The notes: generated by a model not told the origin, from the letters alone. A stretch of 64,000 nucleotides of DNA from Octopus vulgaris (GCA_951406725.2 OX597838.1:14632001-14696000); one strand, 5' to 3'; counted from the first letter of the stretch, positions 14,102 to 28,532 are shown. Translations and numbers: made by a program.

Positions 14102-14141
14102 AGTGATGTGAAAGCTATATGTTGTATGTATTTTCCAATAG

Positions 14142-14210
14142 GAAGCAACACTATTTAGAGACAATCAGGAAATCCTTACTTAAGTCATTGGATGATTATT
14201 TTTACAAAAG
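14142..14210 (+). CDS. Candidate internal exon (69 nt, phase 2-2): KQHYLETIRKSLLKSLDDYFYK
   Basis: ttttccaatAG acceptor, AAG|GTGAGT donor, open frame. Protein not recognised. Confidence 0.4.
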
Positions 14211-14853
14211 GTGAGTTTTCGTGATCTGTAATCATATATTCAGAGCTGGCTATATTTGTAAATATTATTAATAACAGTTACTTAAGACCAGAGATTGCTA
14301 CCGAGTAACCGCTGGCGTAGATATAACTAACCAACTGACAGATATTAAATTAAGTTTAGGTTTATATAGTAAACAGCAGGAAATAAACTGACCACATTCT
14401 CCTTGCATGTCTGGTCTTGGACAAGAAGATATCTTTATCATAATTTGATCCCTGCCACCCTTCACTCAAAAGTGATTTCATAGTTCTTTCCCCAGTGCTC
14501 ATGACCTTGCATTGGAACTCCAAGACCTTGTAGACCTTATCCTGAATCACTGGTGATGATATCTGGATAGAAGACCTTATGACTTCTCCCGTTAACAAGC
14601 TGACATCTCCAAAGAACAAATGATGACATTAGCTTATTTTTGGTACTAAAGTCTCTCCGTTTGTGTGACAAGTGTTTAAAGACTCGTAAATTCATTTTCA
14701 CATTTAGATGTATTTTCAAATGAAAGATTTTATACCTTAACATATTTGTTGAATAACCATCTAATCATTTTAATTTTCTTTGGAGATTTCTATGTCACTG
14801 AACTTATGCAAGAGAACTGATTCAACAAGAACTTGGAAGATATTGATTTTCAA

Positions 14854-15073
14854 CCCTTTTGTAACCATATTTCTGTTGAAATACAACTCTTTATTTTAAT
14901 TAATTTCAAACATTATAAAAACTAAGTAAAATAACTTTGTCACTATTAAGCTAGTGTTTATAAGTAAAATGAACATGAAATGTTGATGTAAAATTTTAAT
15001 TTAGATAATTTTAAAACAAGAAATATATACGATAGAACAAGGGGCTAATCTTGGGCATTTGGTATCAAAAGGG
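14854..15073. mobile_element. piggyBac-type MITE family A (diverged)
   Basis: tcaa|CCCTTTT...ttggtatcAAAAGGG|TTAA; internal similarity to the 9551 copy. Confidence 0.7.
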
Positions 15074-15928
15074 TTAAAAAATCAGCTTCAATGAAGAACC
15101 CCAAAACTAGCCAATTTGTTGCAAGCTGATGATAATGTCATTGCCTTTCAGTTGAGAAAATTCTTTTCTGAGCTCATCACATTCTGTTATTCTTTCACTC
15201 CAATAGTTTGCTGAATGACTATTTGTATTTGTAAAAGTCCATGGTCAGCTCTGATTGGACATATTTGTGGTCTTAATCATTCTGACCGTGACCATTCAGT
15301 ACTTGTATATCCTTGTGTAGGGCTACATTGTCCATTGTGTCCTAATCTTTCTTTAAGATGGTAGTGTGCCATTTGAGAGTGATTTGGCTACTATTTCTCT
15401 TAAGGTGTTATGGCCACATAGAGAGAGAGAGAGAAAGAGAGAGACACTCTGTCTCATTGGCTCAAATGTCTATTAGTATATAATGTATATTAGCAAGATC
15501 GTAAGAGGCTTTAGTTGCACACACTTATATACCAACACCAACTATTTAAGTACTCACTAACCAAGACAACAGTTGAAATATTTAAAAATATTTTCTCCAG
15601 TATTGATTTCCTTGCTTAACTAATTTAAAATCAATTTCAGCTGAGATAAATGTGAAGTTGTCTTCTTGTAACAGACACCATCACCTCTTCTCTCTCTCTC
15701 TTTCTGCACCTTACCCCACCCCACCCCCAAATCTTGACTATTTTCAGTCGATACTAAAACTGTTTAGTGTCCTTCCTCTGCTCTAATACCCGTAGACTCT
15801 AATATGATGTATCACCTTCAGAACTTATTTTGTCCAGTGACATTTCCTTACGCTGCTCTTTTCACAGATTCTTTTTATTTTCAAAACTTCACAGATCCTT
15901 TGTGTGTGTGTGTGTATGTATGTATATA

Positions 15929-15982
<54 letters not shown>

Positions 15983-16148
15983 TATATATCGCGGAGTGGT
16001 TGGCGTTAGGAAGGGCATCCAGCTGTAGAAACACTGCCAGATCAGACTGGAGCCTGGTGCAGCCCCTGGCTTCCCAGACCCCGGTCGAACCATCTAACCC
16101 GTGCTAGCGCGGAAAACAGACGTTAAACGATGATGATATATATATATA

Positions 16149-16293
16149 TATCTGTAAATTAATGTTACCATTATACATTATACCATAGTCAAGATAAAAC
16201 TCTGAGTTTAATGGTAACATATTAATTTACAGATAAATTTCCTCTATTTACATAATATTGAGGTCTCTTTCTTTTGTTATCTTACCGTTTTTA

Positions 16294-16298
<5 letters not shown>
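16149..16298. mobile_element. (TA)n-embedded short fold-back insert
   Basis: tatctgtaaattaatgttaccatta (16149-73) is inverted against 16209-16235. aaaactctgagttt resembles hammerhead stem III. A unique tail follows, then (TA)n. Confidence 0.5.
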
Positions 16299-16333
<35 letters not shown>

Positions 16334-17016
16334 GGCAAAGGAAAGACGGAAAATAGAAGATACGAGAATTTATTATTAATCACGACAATTGTTTTGACAC
16401 ATTTAGCATCGGTTCCTCATGGGTGGGACAGACACTCAACAACTGGTTCAGGAGCATCCGGTGGTGCAGATTTATCTTGTTGGGTAATGAATAAACACAA
16501 CCTGTTAAAATGACTGTTCCGCAGTGTAACTTCCCGTTTTGTAGAAAGGAAAGCAGCCACACGGAGGAAATATCTTCGTTTATATATAGAAGATCAAAAA
16601 TAAAATCACAGATGGCAAAAAGAGAAACGAACATGCAATCCATCGAGAAAAGTATTAAAAATAACCGTTGACAGATATGGATGTATAAATGCCCTTGGGC
16701 AAGCTGCATGGCGCGAGTACACTTGTTCATACAAGCATCTGCAAAAATGAGAGCATATGCACGCATGAAATTTGCTGCACTCATGATCACAAAGTGAGTT
16801 AGCTTATCTACTTGGTGTTTATAAGAATGGGGAAGTTAAAAGTAAACTTAAGTCATCCATACCTTAAAGTAAATATAATTAAATTAAGTTAACGGTTACT
16901 CAAAATTCATTCTCACTGCATTGTGCAAAAGCACACACATTTATATGCATATAGACATCTCGGGAGTCATTCAGAAATTCTCGTAGGATACCTTCACAGT
17001 GTGTCGATTAAAAATA

Positions 17017-17632
17017 CCATGATACCGATTAGATTTAGGAAAGCACTTGTCCAAAGCAGTTAAGAACTGGTTTATACAGTCATTATCTTTTCAGGGCTTC
17101 TCAGATTAGTAGAAGGTGGAGGAGGAAGTTATCCTCAAAGTCAATTACATCAACCCCAGTATGTAACTGGTATTTATTCTATCGACCCCCAGAAGTATGA
17201 AAGGCATAGTGTGAAGATGGACAAAAGCATTTCACCCGGCATGCTAATATTACTGCCAACTTGCAGCCTTACCAGAGGGTAATGTTAAGCAAGGAAATAG
17301 ATTAAGCTGGACAAGGGATAAAGTCTTATGATCTAAGAAGAAGAATTCAGAATGCAAAGAGTAGTCCTGTAGAGCATCTTGTCAAAAGCTAACAATTTCA
17401 CAACTACACAATCATGGAATGAGACTTTATTGATCTTCAAAGGAAAAACGATAAAGCTGATCTTGGTAGGATTTGAACTTGGAGTGCAGAGATCCAGAAC
17501 AAATATTGTAAGGCATTTTGCCTTACATTTCTTATAACTCTGCCAATTATATACCTATGTATAAACTGTCTGTATAAACCAGTTCTTTGCTGCTTTGGAC
17601 AAGTGTTTTCCTAAATCTAATTGGTATCATGG
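17017..17632. repeat. 63 bp inverted repeats separated by ~490 bp
   Basis: 17017-17079 vs 17570-17632, about 4 mismatches. Confidence 0.9.
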
Positions 17633-18255
17633 ACATAGGGAATCTTACCTTACTCAGAAACAGGTGAAAGTTGGTGACAGGAAGGGCATCCAGCTATAGA
17701 AATATCTGCTTCAGCAAATTCCATTCAGTCCATAAAAGTATGAAAATGTGGATGTCAAACGACAATGATAATGACGATGATCTGTGTCTATGTAGTTATT
17801 TGGTTCATGATGTTATTAGAAAAATCTCTTGTTACATTAACGGTCTTTATTAACGAAATGAGGTTAATGACTTGCGACTTATTAAACTACAAACCACATT
17901 GTCTGAAAGCATCCAAGCCTCATGTCCCAGTGACATTTACAGATAATTGCTATCAGAAAACATTCTGTAATGCCACAAAAGTAGCCCAAACTGATTTGCT
18001 GCTCTTACTTAAAACATCCCTTAATGACTACATGCTATTGAAGTTGGTGTTTACTTTCTAGTTTTAATCTTTTATGTAATAACCCACCTGAGAAAACCTT
18101 GTTTATTCTAAAAGCACAAAATAGAAGCAAAATGCGAGTTTTGTTTCTAAGTGTTTTATATTTAAATTAAAGATGGCCATCATAATTTTTTGTAAGAATT
18201 TTTGTGAAGTTTATCTACTTGTATATATGTATATATATGTATACATACATATATA

Positions 18256-18291
<36 letters not shown>

Positions 18292-18615
18292 GGCGCAGGA
18301 GTGGCTTTGTGGTAAGTAGCTTGCTTACCAACCACATGGTTCCAGGTTCAGCTCCAGTGCAAGCAACCTTGGGCAAGTGTCTACTACTATAGCCTCGGGC
18401 AGACCAAAGCCTTGTGAGTGGATCTGGTAGTCGGAAACTGAAAGAAGCCCGTCGTATATATCTATATATATATATGTATGTGTGTGTATATGTCACTTAG
18501 CGGTTTAGCAAAACAGAGCGATAAAATAAATAGTAGGCTTACAAAGATTAACTCCTGACTAAAGGCGACGCTCCAGCATGGCCACGGTTAAATGACTGAA
18601 ACAACTAAAAGAAAA

Positions 18616-18653
<38 letters not shown>

Positions 18654-19159
18654 GCATGGAGAGAGAGAAGATGCAGCTAGTATACATCTATTGGTGTAGA
18701 TTAATGTACAATGAGTGCTTAGATCAGCTTACCACCAAAACTCCCGGCTTGAAGTGTGAAAGAGAACAAGGTGTTGAAACATCCTATCCAAGGTGGCTAA
18801 AAGTGATACCTACCTGATTCAGTGGGTATAAATAGATTTAAAAAATGGTAGACAGACAAGCAAAACATTTGGTGTTATTTGTGGATATTTACTTCATAAT
18901 GAGGTATAAAAAATATGTATATTATATTAATCAACCCTCCTCCTACTGTGGATACTAGTTTTAATCCATTTATAAGTTTATATCAGTTTAGCTGCGTGAT
19001 AAAAAGCTCGCTTCCCATCCATATGGTTCCAGGTTCAGTTCCACTGTGTGGCACCTTGGGCAAGTATCTTCTTACTATAGCTTTGGGCCAACCAAAGCCT
19101 TGTGACTGGATTTGGTGGATGGAAAGTGAAAGAAGCCCTTATGTATCTCTCTCTCTCTG

Positions 19160-19206
<47 letters not shown>

Positions 19207-19714
19207 ACACATATATCTATTTATGTGTTTGTCCCTCTCACCATTGCTTGACAACTGGTGTTGGTGTGTTTACATCTCTGTAACTTAGCGGTTCAACAAA
19301 AGAGACCAATAGAGTAAGTCCTGGGGTTGATTTCTTCAACTAAAAGACCTTTCAATGTGGTGCTTCAGCATGGCTGCAGTCAAATGACTGAAACAAGTAA
19401 AAGAATAATGATAATGTTTCTAATTTAAGCACAAGGCCAGCACTTTTAGAGGAATAACTTGATTACATCAACCCTAGTATTTAGGTGGTACTGTTAAGAA
19501 ACTTGAAAGGACAAAAGGCAAAGTTGACTTCAGCAGGATTTGAACTCAGATTATTATTCTTTGAGAGCCTGAACAACAATGATAATTCACACAGGTCAAT
19601 GTTTTTGTGTGTGTGTTTTTTTTTTGTTTTTAACTAATGAAAGATTAAAAAAGAAGGAAAAAGTTCTTTCTCATAGGCATATATCTTTCTCATAGGCGTA
19701 TATTTTTTTCTATA

Positions 19715-20104
19715 GGTGTAGGAGTGGCTGGGTGGTAAGTAGCTTGCTTACGAACTACATGGTTCCGGGTTCAGTGCCACTGCGTGGCACCTTGGGCAAG
19801 TGTCTTCTACTATAGCCTCGGGCCAACCAATGCCCTGTGAGTGGATTTGGTAGACGGAAACTGAAAGAAGCCCATCGTATATATGTATGTGTGTGTGTGT
19901 GTGTCTGTGTTTGTCCCCCCAACATTGCTTGACAACTGATGCTGGTGTGTTTACATCCCTGTAACTTAGAGGTTTGGCAAAAGAGACCGATAGAATAAGT
20001 ACTGGGTTTCCAAAGAATAAGTCCTGGGGTCGATTTGCTCGACTAAAGGCGGTGCTCCTGCATGGCCACAATCAAATGACTGAAACTAGTAAAAGAGTAA
20101 AGAG
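19715..20104 (+). mobile_element. SINE family 1, full length
   Basis: Aligns end to end with the 13725 copy. Confidence 0.85.
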
Positions 20105-20939
20105 TATCTGAAAAGAAGAGTTGAAGAAAACAAATTTAACTCTCTTTCTTTCTTTCTTGTGTGTGTGTGTTGTAATTCTAATTTAGCTGAAGGAAACATT
20201 CCTTCATATTGTTTGCTTTAGAGTTGGAGTGGCAGAGATAATGGTGTTGGTGGTGGTGGTTGTCAGCTTGAAAACAACTTTATGATGGGAATGGATCTGG
20301 TTTCTCATTGCAACGTCTCTTTGTGAAGTCACCTGTTCGTGTCCTGAATAATCTAGTTTAAACCGAAGGTGCACTACATCCTTGATAACCAAACCCATTT
20401 CAATGGACAAAATCGAAACAATACAAGACTTTCAAACTGAAGCTTAGCCATGAGAAGATTTCATTAAAGACTTTGTAACGTTGCTTTTTTTCCGTTAGTC
20501 TTCTTTCTCACTCCTGGGAAAAAAAAGCCACTTTTCTTCGAGAGACCATACGTGAAAATATACAATGAGAAAGTACAATAATAAATATATTGGTGTCAAG
20601 TATGCAAGATTGTTGTTGCCAGAATACTGAACTGGCAAATACCAGACTTGAGAGAGGGAGTGAGAGTGAGTGTGCGTATCGTATCAAGCTTAAACTAGAA
20701 TCAGTTTTAGTTAGTTATGCAGTAAAAGTTCTCTTTATTGGAAGTAAAACCTTGGGACTCATTTAAAAAAAATCAGTTGGTTGTAATAGAATAAAAAAAA
20801 ATGAAAATGAGGTGTCATTCGCATGAAGAACTGTAGTTAAGTTAGCGTTAATATTTTTAATGTGTGGAACATTAAAACGTTATTAATCAGAAATACGCAT
20901 TCAGGGAGAAAAAATAAGGAAAGGAAACGGAAAGCAATT

Positions 20940-21245
20940 CTATATCTCTGAGGTGAGGAATTTTTGTATTATGTCTATCGTTTTACATTAGTCAAACTGG
21001 TGTTCTTGTCTTGATTGTTACTTTTGCTTCACTTTGGCCGTTGTACACTCCAGCCTTTTTCAGGTGTCTTGAATTGAACTTGGTTGCCGTATCGGAATTT
21101 CAAACCTAATACTTTATTTGATCCAAACGGATACACTGTTCTTATTTCACTCTCCGCATTTTGTGACATATTTTTGCTTCAGTTAAATTATGTGAATTAC
21201 GTTAGTAGTACCTTGCCTGGGATTGAACTTAGGACCTCTAGGTGA
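20940..21245 (-). mobile_element. Decayed SINE-like element with B-box-like head and hammerhead-like remnant
   Basis: Minus strand reads gttcaatccc (B-box-like) near 21220, then cacCTGAAAAAGGCtggagtgtacaacgGCCAAAG at ~21027-21066. A related cacctgaagatgcctggag lies at 34251. Confidence 0.4.
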
Positions 21246-21988
21246 CTGCAAGGTTGACTTCACCTGTCATCCTTTCGGGGTCGATAAAATACATACCCAT
21301 TGGGTACTGAGCTTTATTTAATCGACTTACCCCTCCCCTGGTATTGTTGGCTTTATGCCAAAATTTGAAATTATATTATCTCAAGTCTTTGAAGAAAGTT
21401 GAAAGACTTAACTCTATCTCGTTGTAGAAGTAAATTCCTTTTCTTTATAAAACTAACAACTATTTGGAATTTACTAAAACATTACGGTTATAGATGAAGT
21501 ACTACAGTAAATCAACACAGACCCAAAAAATACCAAGTTTACTATCAGCTGTCAAAGTACCATGTCAGCCTGATATTATTAATTATTATTTTAATTGTTG
21601 AGGTGACACTCTGGCCGAATCATGAGCATGCCAAGCAAAATGCTAGCAGTATTTCAGTTATCTTTACATTCTGAGTTCAAATGCTGCTGAGGTTGACTTT
21701 GCCTTTCATCCTTGCAGGGTTGATATCAATAAGTACCAGTCGAACACTGAGGTCGATGTAACCAGCTTGCACAACTCACTCGAAATTGCTGGCCTTGTGC
21801 CGAAATTTGAAACCAATATCATTTTAATTCTTTGACAAGTAAGGGAGACAACTGTAGATACACTTTAGTCATCTTTGACGCTTCAGTGAAGCAGAGCTCT
21901 CATCATACTTGCTCATATTCATACTTCTAATTAACTTTTTAACGTTCACCAAATTAAATATGTGAATAACTTGGTTAATATAGGTATT

Positions 21989-22220
21989 TATTTCTTTATT
22001 GCCCACAGAGGGCTAAACATAGAGGGGACAAACAAGGACAGACAAAGGGATTAAGTCAATTACATTGACCCCAGTGCGTAACTGGTACTTATTTAATCGA
22101 CCCCGAAAGGATGAAAGGCAAAGTCGACCTCGGCGGAATTTGAACTCAGAACGTAGCTGCAGACGAAATACGGCTACACATTTCGCCCAGCGTGCTAACG
22201 GTTCTGCCAGCTCGCCGCCT
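21989..22220 (-). mobile_element. tRNA-derived Deu/Nin-domain SINE (family 2)
   Basis: Minus strand has gcctttcatcctttcggggtcgattaaataagtaccag. aatataggtatt flanks both sides (possible target-site duplication). Confidence 0.75.
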
Positions 22221-23450
22221 TCCAATATAGGTATTATATTGGTTAATATAGGTATTGTTAATATAGGTATTGGTTAATATAGGTATTGTTTAGCCCTAGG
22301 TCAGCCCCGATCAGACAATCCTTCCACCACAACGACTTTGTATTTTCTTTGATATCTTGTGTCTCGGTTTACATGATTTTGTTCCTCCTGTTTGTTTAAA
22401 TTCCACATTGGCTTTCATAAAGAAAGATGTTCCAGCCATGACCTCTCAGACATATTTAGGACGTCGTTATCTGTGTTTGATCTAGATTCTCTGTTGGTTT
22501 TTATTTCAACAGAGTAACCGGCGGCGATTATATTTGTCTGTTTTTACAATGTCATCATTGGGAAGTCTTGGAATCAAACAGTTTGAGTAATATCACATGA
22601 TACTCTGATGTTCCATAATGTTTTAGATGAGCCGATAAGAGAGATAGAAATCTCTCGAGAAGCAGCATAGAATCATTAAGTTCAAAAACAATAGCATCAT
22701 TTGCACAGCTAATGATTACCATCAAAGTGGAACAGAGCGAGCTGAAGGAAACTGCTGGTACTGCTTTGTATCGGTAGCAAAAATCGGTTCAATATAGTTC
22801 ACGAAATCACGAGGATTTTACATCTGATTCCAAACTGAAGCCAATACTTCCATTTTGCCAAGAAATTCGAATCTGAATCTGAATTTCTCCCCCCTCCCTC
22901 CCTCCCTTCCTTCACGCCTTCTTTCCTCTCTGTTTCATTCATTACAACAGAAACAGTGACGAAATTTTCGATTTGCTCAACATTAGCATAATATATGCCA
23001 GTTAGTTGGTCAGTAATTAACATAATATATGTGTGTGCAGTAATATATACTAATATATACCAACAGATAATATGAAGCCAAGGCTTAGATAATTTACATA
23101 TTTCCCACTAATCACATTGGCAGTCTTGCTCATTTGGCTGAGATATATTTATATGAGAGAGGGGTCGGTGGGGGGAGGAGGAGAAATGGAAGTATGAATT
23201 ATTTTTTTTCTTTTCATTTGGTTTTTTCGAAAAGCATTTTTTTATAAATTACATTATAATTGTTATAACTATTTAAAACAGATATATACCATTAATTTTA
23301 CTTATGCCATTAATTTTACTTATGTTTTATTCTATTTACACACACACACATACTGTTTCACTGCAAGCTCACTATTTTTTATTTTTATTTTATCTAGTTT
23401 CAGCTCACGAGCTGTGGCCATGCTGGGGCACTGCCATATTGTAAACAGTT

Positions 23451-23671
23451 ACTCTTTACTCTTTTACTTGTTTCAGTCATTTGACTGCGCCCATGCTGGA
23501 GCACCGCCTTTAGTCGAGCAAATCGACCCCGGGACTTATTCTTTGTAAGCCCAGTACTTATTCTATCGGTCTCTTTTGCCGAACCGCTAAGTGACGGGGA
23601 CGTAAACACACTAGCATTGGTTGTCAAGTACTGCTAGAGGGACAAACACAGACACACAAACATATACATAC

Positions 23672-23722
<51 letters not shown>

Positions 23723-23888
23723 TACGACAGGCTTCTTTCAGTTTCCGTCTACCAAATCCACTCACAAGGCATTGGTCGGCCCCGGGGCTATAGCAGAAGA
23801 CACTTGCCCAAGATGCCACGCAGTGGGACTGAACCCGGAACCATGTGGTTGGTAGGCAAGCTACTTACCACACAGCCACTCCTGCGCC
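23451..23888 (-). mobile_element. SINE family 1, full length
   Basis: Reverse complement of the 33157 copy with few differences. Confidence 0.85.
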
Positions 23889-25120
23889 TTCATAAATATA
23901 ATTTTAAGTTCATAAATATAATTTTAAAATCTGAATTTTATTAGGTTTTTTGCCTGTGTGGTGGTATGCAAGTTGCAATTGTTTCAGAAACTGAATGCGT
24001 GTGTGTGTGTGTGATATACAGGCTTGCTGCTTCATCCATTAGTGTCTCTCTTTCCTGTTTTTACGTCTCTCCATTTCCCACCACGCAGACTAGTTAGAGA
24101 GCACTGCCTGCAATACTGCAAAGCATTATTAAACGTGGGTGTTGAGTGGAGACCAGGCAAGAAGCAGCAATAATTTATTAATTCTCACTTGTATATGTTT
24201 TTGCTTGTTTGTGTGTATGTGTATATATATGTGTGTGTCTGTGTTCATGTGTTGTGTGAGTGTAATTCAGTATCTAGTGTCAGATTAATTTGATAATTGT
24301 ATTTCCCACCACTCTCTCTCTTTCTCTCTCTCTCTCTTTTCTTTTCCCCCTCCCACCTCTCTTTTGCAAAAGGAAGACAACTCAGAATGGTAAATCTAAC
24401 AGTGGTGGTCGTGTTTAGTGTTGCTCCACCTCACTTCTGATTAAACAGATTAATGATCAAAGAGGTTCCAACCGTGACTGTCCTGTCATTTTCCCAGGCA
24501 CAGTTTATCTAGGGTTACGTTATCCAATATCACCCCCCCACTTTGCTTTTAAGACAGTACATAATTTGAGAGCGATTTGGTTGTTGTTTCTAGCAGGTTA
24601 AATGTTTCCATAGACTCCCTTGTTGACTCGGAATATCTTCTTGTTTAGCCCTGGGCCAGCTCATATTGAGTTGTCTTAGGCTCCAAACTGTACCCATTTC
24701 ATTCTTTTCCTATACACATTGTCCAAAGTATTCTAAATTTTTTTTCTCTCTCATAAATACGAGGGTGTGGTTTGAAGGAGTTTCTTGCTGGTCAAGAAGA
24801 CTCTCTCCTCATTGGTTCCAGATAGTTTGCTTCTTGTTTCTCTTCACTTCCAAATGTCACTGACCGTTCTGCAAATGTCGCCAACCGTTCACTGACCGTT
24901 CTCAATCTGTTGACAACACTGGCAACCATTTATAGTCCATTTGATATTTATATTTCTTGCTTTTCCTGCTCAAATGTTGCTATCTCAGTTCTGTACAAAT
25001 TATATATAAAACAAGCATTTACATACATATCTATATATATGTGTACACACACACACACATATAGAATATGAGTGTGCCTGTGCATAATATATGTGGAATA
25101 TATGTTTAAAAAAAAAACTT

Positions 25121-25158
<38 letters not shown>

Positions 25159-26744
25159 TATTATTTATGTATTGGTTTATGTCTATCACTGTTTGAGTTG
25201 CATATCTCTAATTCATATTTATATATATATATATATATATATCTAATTCATATTTTATATATATATATATATATATGTATATATTTATGTATTGGTTTAT
25301 GTCTATCACTGTTTGAGTTGCATATCTCTAATTCATATTTTATATATATATATATATATCTAATTCATATTTTATATATATATATATATGTATGTATAGA
25401 TAGATAGATATGAGAAGGAGAGAGAAATAAGTTTAGTTTTGCAGACTCGAAGTACATTGTCATGAACCTCGAAGCCCTTGAGTCATTCTGGCTCCTTGGC
25501 TAATGACATACATGCATACATTACACACATTCCTTGCCTCTGGGGCATTTATTATCTTCCTGGTACCCAAGAATGCATGTATAGTTTACTATTGTTGTTG
25601 TTCTTATTCTTCTTTTCAGCCAATTACTTGAGGCCATTCCACAGCTGTCTGCTGGATTTGCCTATCCCCAGTGCATATATATTCTTTACTTTCCAGAACA
25701 GATTTATAGTCTCTCTCTCTCTCTCGCTCACACACACGCATCAATCCATATGCACACATTCATACACGTGCATATTTGGACTTATTTTATTTTATAAATA
25801 TAGTTTTTTTAAACTGTATAGAAGGCTTTTTTTCTTTTTTCTTTTTTTTCACTTTGGATTAATTTTGTTTTTTTCCTTGAAAAGCTGATTTTATTCCAGT
25901 AAATCTCCACTGAGAGAGGAGTTAAGGAATCGAGAGGAATTTACAAAATTAGTCGTGACACACACTTCGGGGACTCATGGGTTGTGACACACACACACAC
26001 ACACACACATGCGCACTTATTGGATTTTTTAATGTAAATCTGTGACTGTAGCACAGATCTCTCGGTTGATTTTTATTGGTCTGTGTACTTAACTGCAGTG
26101 GAAATATCTCTTCAGAAACTGATAGATGGCTCTTGATGAATTGGCATGAAATCATTCACAACCACACTCCAACTTCTGTGGCCTGTAGACATGCCGTCTT
26201 CTCTCCTGCTTTTTTTTTTGATTTTTTTTTTAGCACTAGTAACGTAAAGGTGCCGGTGTGGCTGTGTGGTTAAGAAGTTTGCTTCCCAACCATATCATGA
26301 TACGTTGAGCAAGTATCTTCAACTATAGCTCCAGGCCAGCCAAGGCTTTGTGAGTGGTTTTGTTAATTAGAAACTGAGAGTCATTGTGTGTGTGTGTCAT
26401 CATCATCCTTTAATGTCCACTTTCTATGCTGGCATGGGTTGGATGGTTTGACCAGAGCTAGCAACCAGAGAGCTGCACCAGATTCCAGTCTGATTTGGCT
26501 TGGTTTCTATGGCGGGATGCTCTTCCTAGTGCCAACCATTTTACAGTGTGTACTGCTTAATGTGACACAAGAATATATAAAAGTTCAATCAGAGGTTAAA
26601 TAAGCGTCATTAAGGGATAATAGTATCCAATGGGTTTACTGTTTTCTTGCCTATTATTTATTTTGAATATTAGATTTAATATTAAAAAATAGGTAATTAA
26701 ATAAACTGAGATTTATATTCATTTAAGACATATATATATATATG

Positions 26745-27132
26745 TGTGTGGTAAGTAGCTTGTTTACCAACCACATGGCTCTGGGTTCAGTCCCACTGCG
26801 TGGCACCTTGGGCAAGTGTCTTCTACTATAGCCTCGGGCCGACCAAAGCCTTGTGAGTGGATTTGGTAGACGGAAACTGAAAGAAACCCATTGTATATAT
26901 GTATATATATGTGCGTGTATTTTTGTGTGTCTGTGTTTGTCTCCCTAGCATTTCTTGACAACCGATGCTGGTGTGTTTATGTCCCCGTTACTTATCGGTT
27001 CGGCAAGAGAGACCGATAGGATAAGTACTGGGCTTACAAAAGAATAAGTCCCAGAGTCGAGTTGCTCGACTAAAGGCGGTGCTCCAGCATGGCCGCAGTC
27101 AAATAACTGAAACAAGTAAAAGAGTAAAAGAG
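26745..27132 (+). mobile_element. SINE family 1
   Basis: Same body and tail; slightly 5'-truncated. Confidence 0.85.
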
Positions 27133-28532
27133 AGTATCATATGTGTACTCCCATGTACATGTAAGTGGAAACCTGTCAGTACAGAGATGGAGAGAGAGAG
27201 AGAGAGAGAGATAGAGGAATGAAATAGCTGGTAATCTAAATGTTTATCTTTCAGTGAAGATCTGTGAATCTGTTTAGAAATAATCATTGGAATGGTTCAT
27301 AAGAAATAATTTCATGAATTCTAAACAAAAGAATCCAGTAAAGTTAATTATGTACGAGAGTTTACATACAATTATCTCTGTAGTCATTTGATTTACTTCT
27401 ATTATATGTCATCTCCATCATTGTGACAGCCGTCATCATCGTTACCACCACCACCACCACCATCACCATCGTTGTCAGGAATGTTGTCTAGTATTCATTA
27501 TCAGTACTATTGTTGGTGGTGTTGGCAGCAGCAGCAGCATCATCATCTACAGCAGTAACAGCAGCATTTTTTTTTTTAATCCGGTGAGGCAGCCTCTATA
27601 TTCCAACTCAACTTTTAAAGCGATAGCAGCGCAAATACCCCCTCCTCCTCCCCCGACAAACTGCACCTATTGTCACATGATCATGTGACCAACCAGACTG
27701 CTGTCAGATGTTGTTACACACCACTGGTCACAGTGCACTTTGCATCGTTTTTAAGCCTTTGAATGATGCCATCTTGTTAGCTCGGCGAGCAGGCTTATCT
27801 CTCCATCTGGACGAAAGGGTGGGGACTGGAACAATATGAAATGAAAGTGTTTTGCTTAAGAATACAATGTACCGCCTGGCCTGAAAATTGAACCCACATT
27901 CTAGTGATTGTGAATGCAACAGCCTAACCAAAAGGCCACATGCCTTCACTTATGTACTGCCTTAAAAACACATTGGATAATACAGTCATTTGAAAGATTG
28001 GATGATTGCATTAATCTCACTCCCTTTGATGATACATTTTCTTAATCTAGGCTAGCTTTGAGCTTATTAACAACAACAGCTGTTACTGAAAATAGTACTC
28101 AGTTTTTAATATTTTTATCCTATTGTCATTAACGTTTTAAATCCATCCAGTCCCATGCTGGTATGGACTGGACAAGTCTGCTACATACAACAGAATGTCT
28201 TGTGACTTTTTTTGCAACTTGACATCTCCTTCATGGCCTCCAACATCTCTGAAATTAGTCCCCCATCCCCACCCTCTCTGTCCTTTTCTTCTACAAACTC
28301 TTGCCATTTGGACGGATTGTTTGATGTTTCTCTAAGGTTGTTGGTAAATCTGGTTCAGTGAATCCCACCCTTCCCTCTGATTATCTTCTGAATAGTAGAA
28401 TATCTCTTGTAACTGATATATTTATTTACTTATCTAATAGTGACACACTTGTGAGTTGCTTCTCCCCTCGACAATGTACCAACAGGCAACCAAATGAACT
28501 TTGTGCTTTACAGTTCCTGCTTTCTTATTTAA

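Noticed and set aside
14362-14743. Coding-like ORFs
   Set aside because: No recognisable motif or convincing splice signals; possibly old transposon debris.
20900-20958. Plus-strand exon ending GAG|GTGAGG
   Set aside because: The donor-like site lies in the end of a minus-strand repeat.
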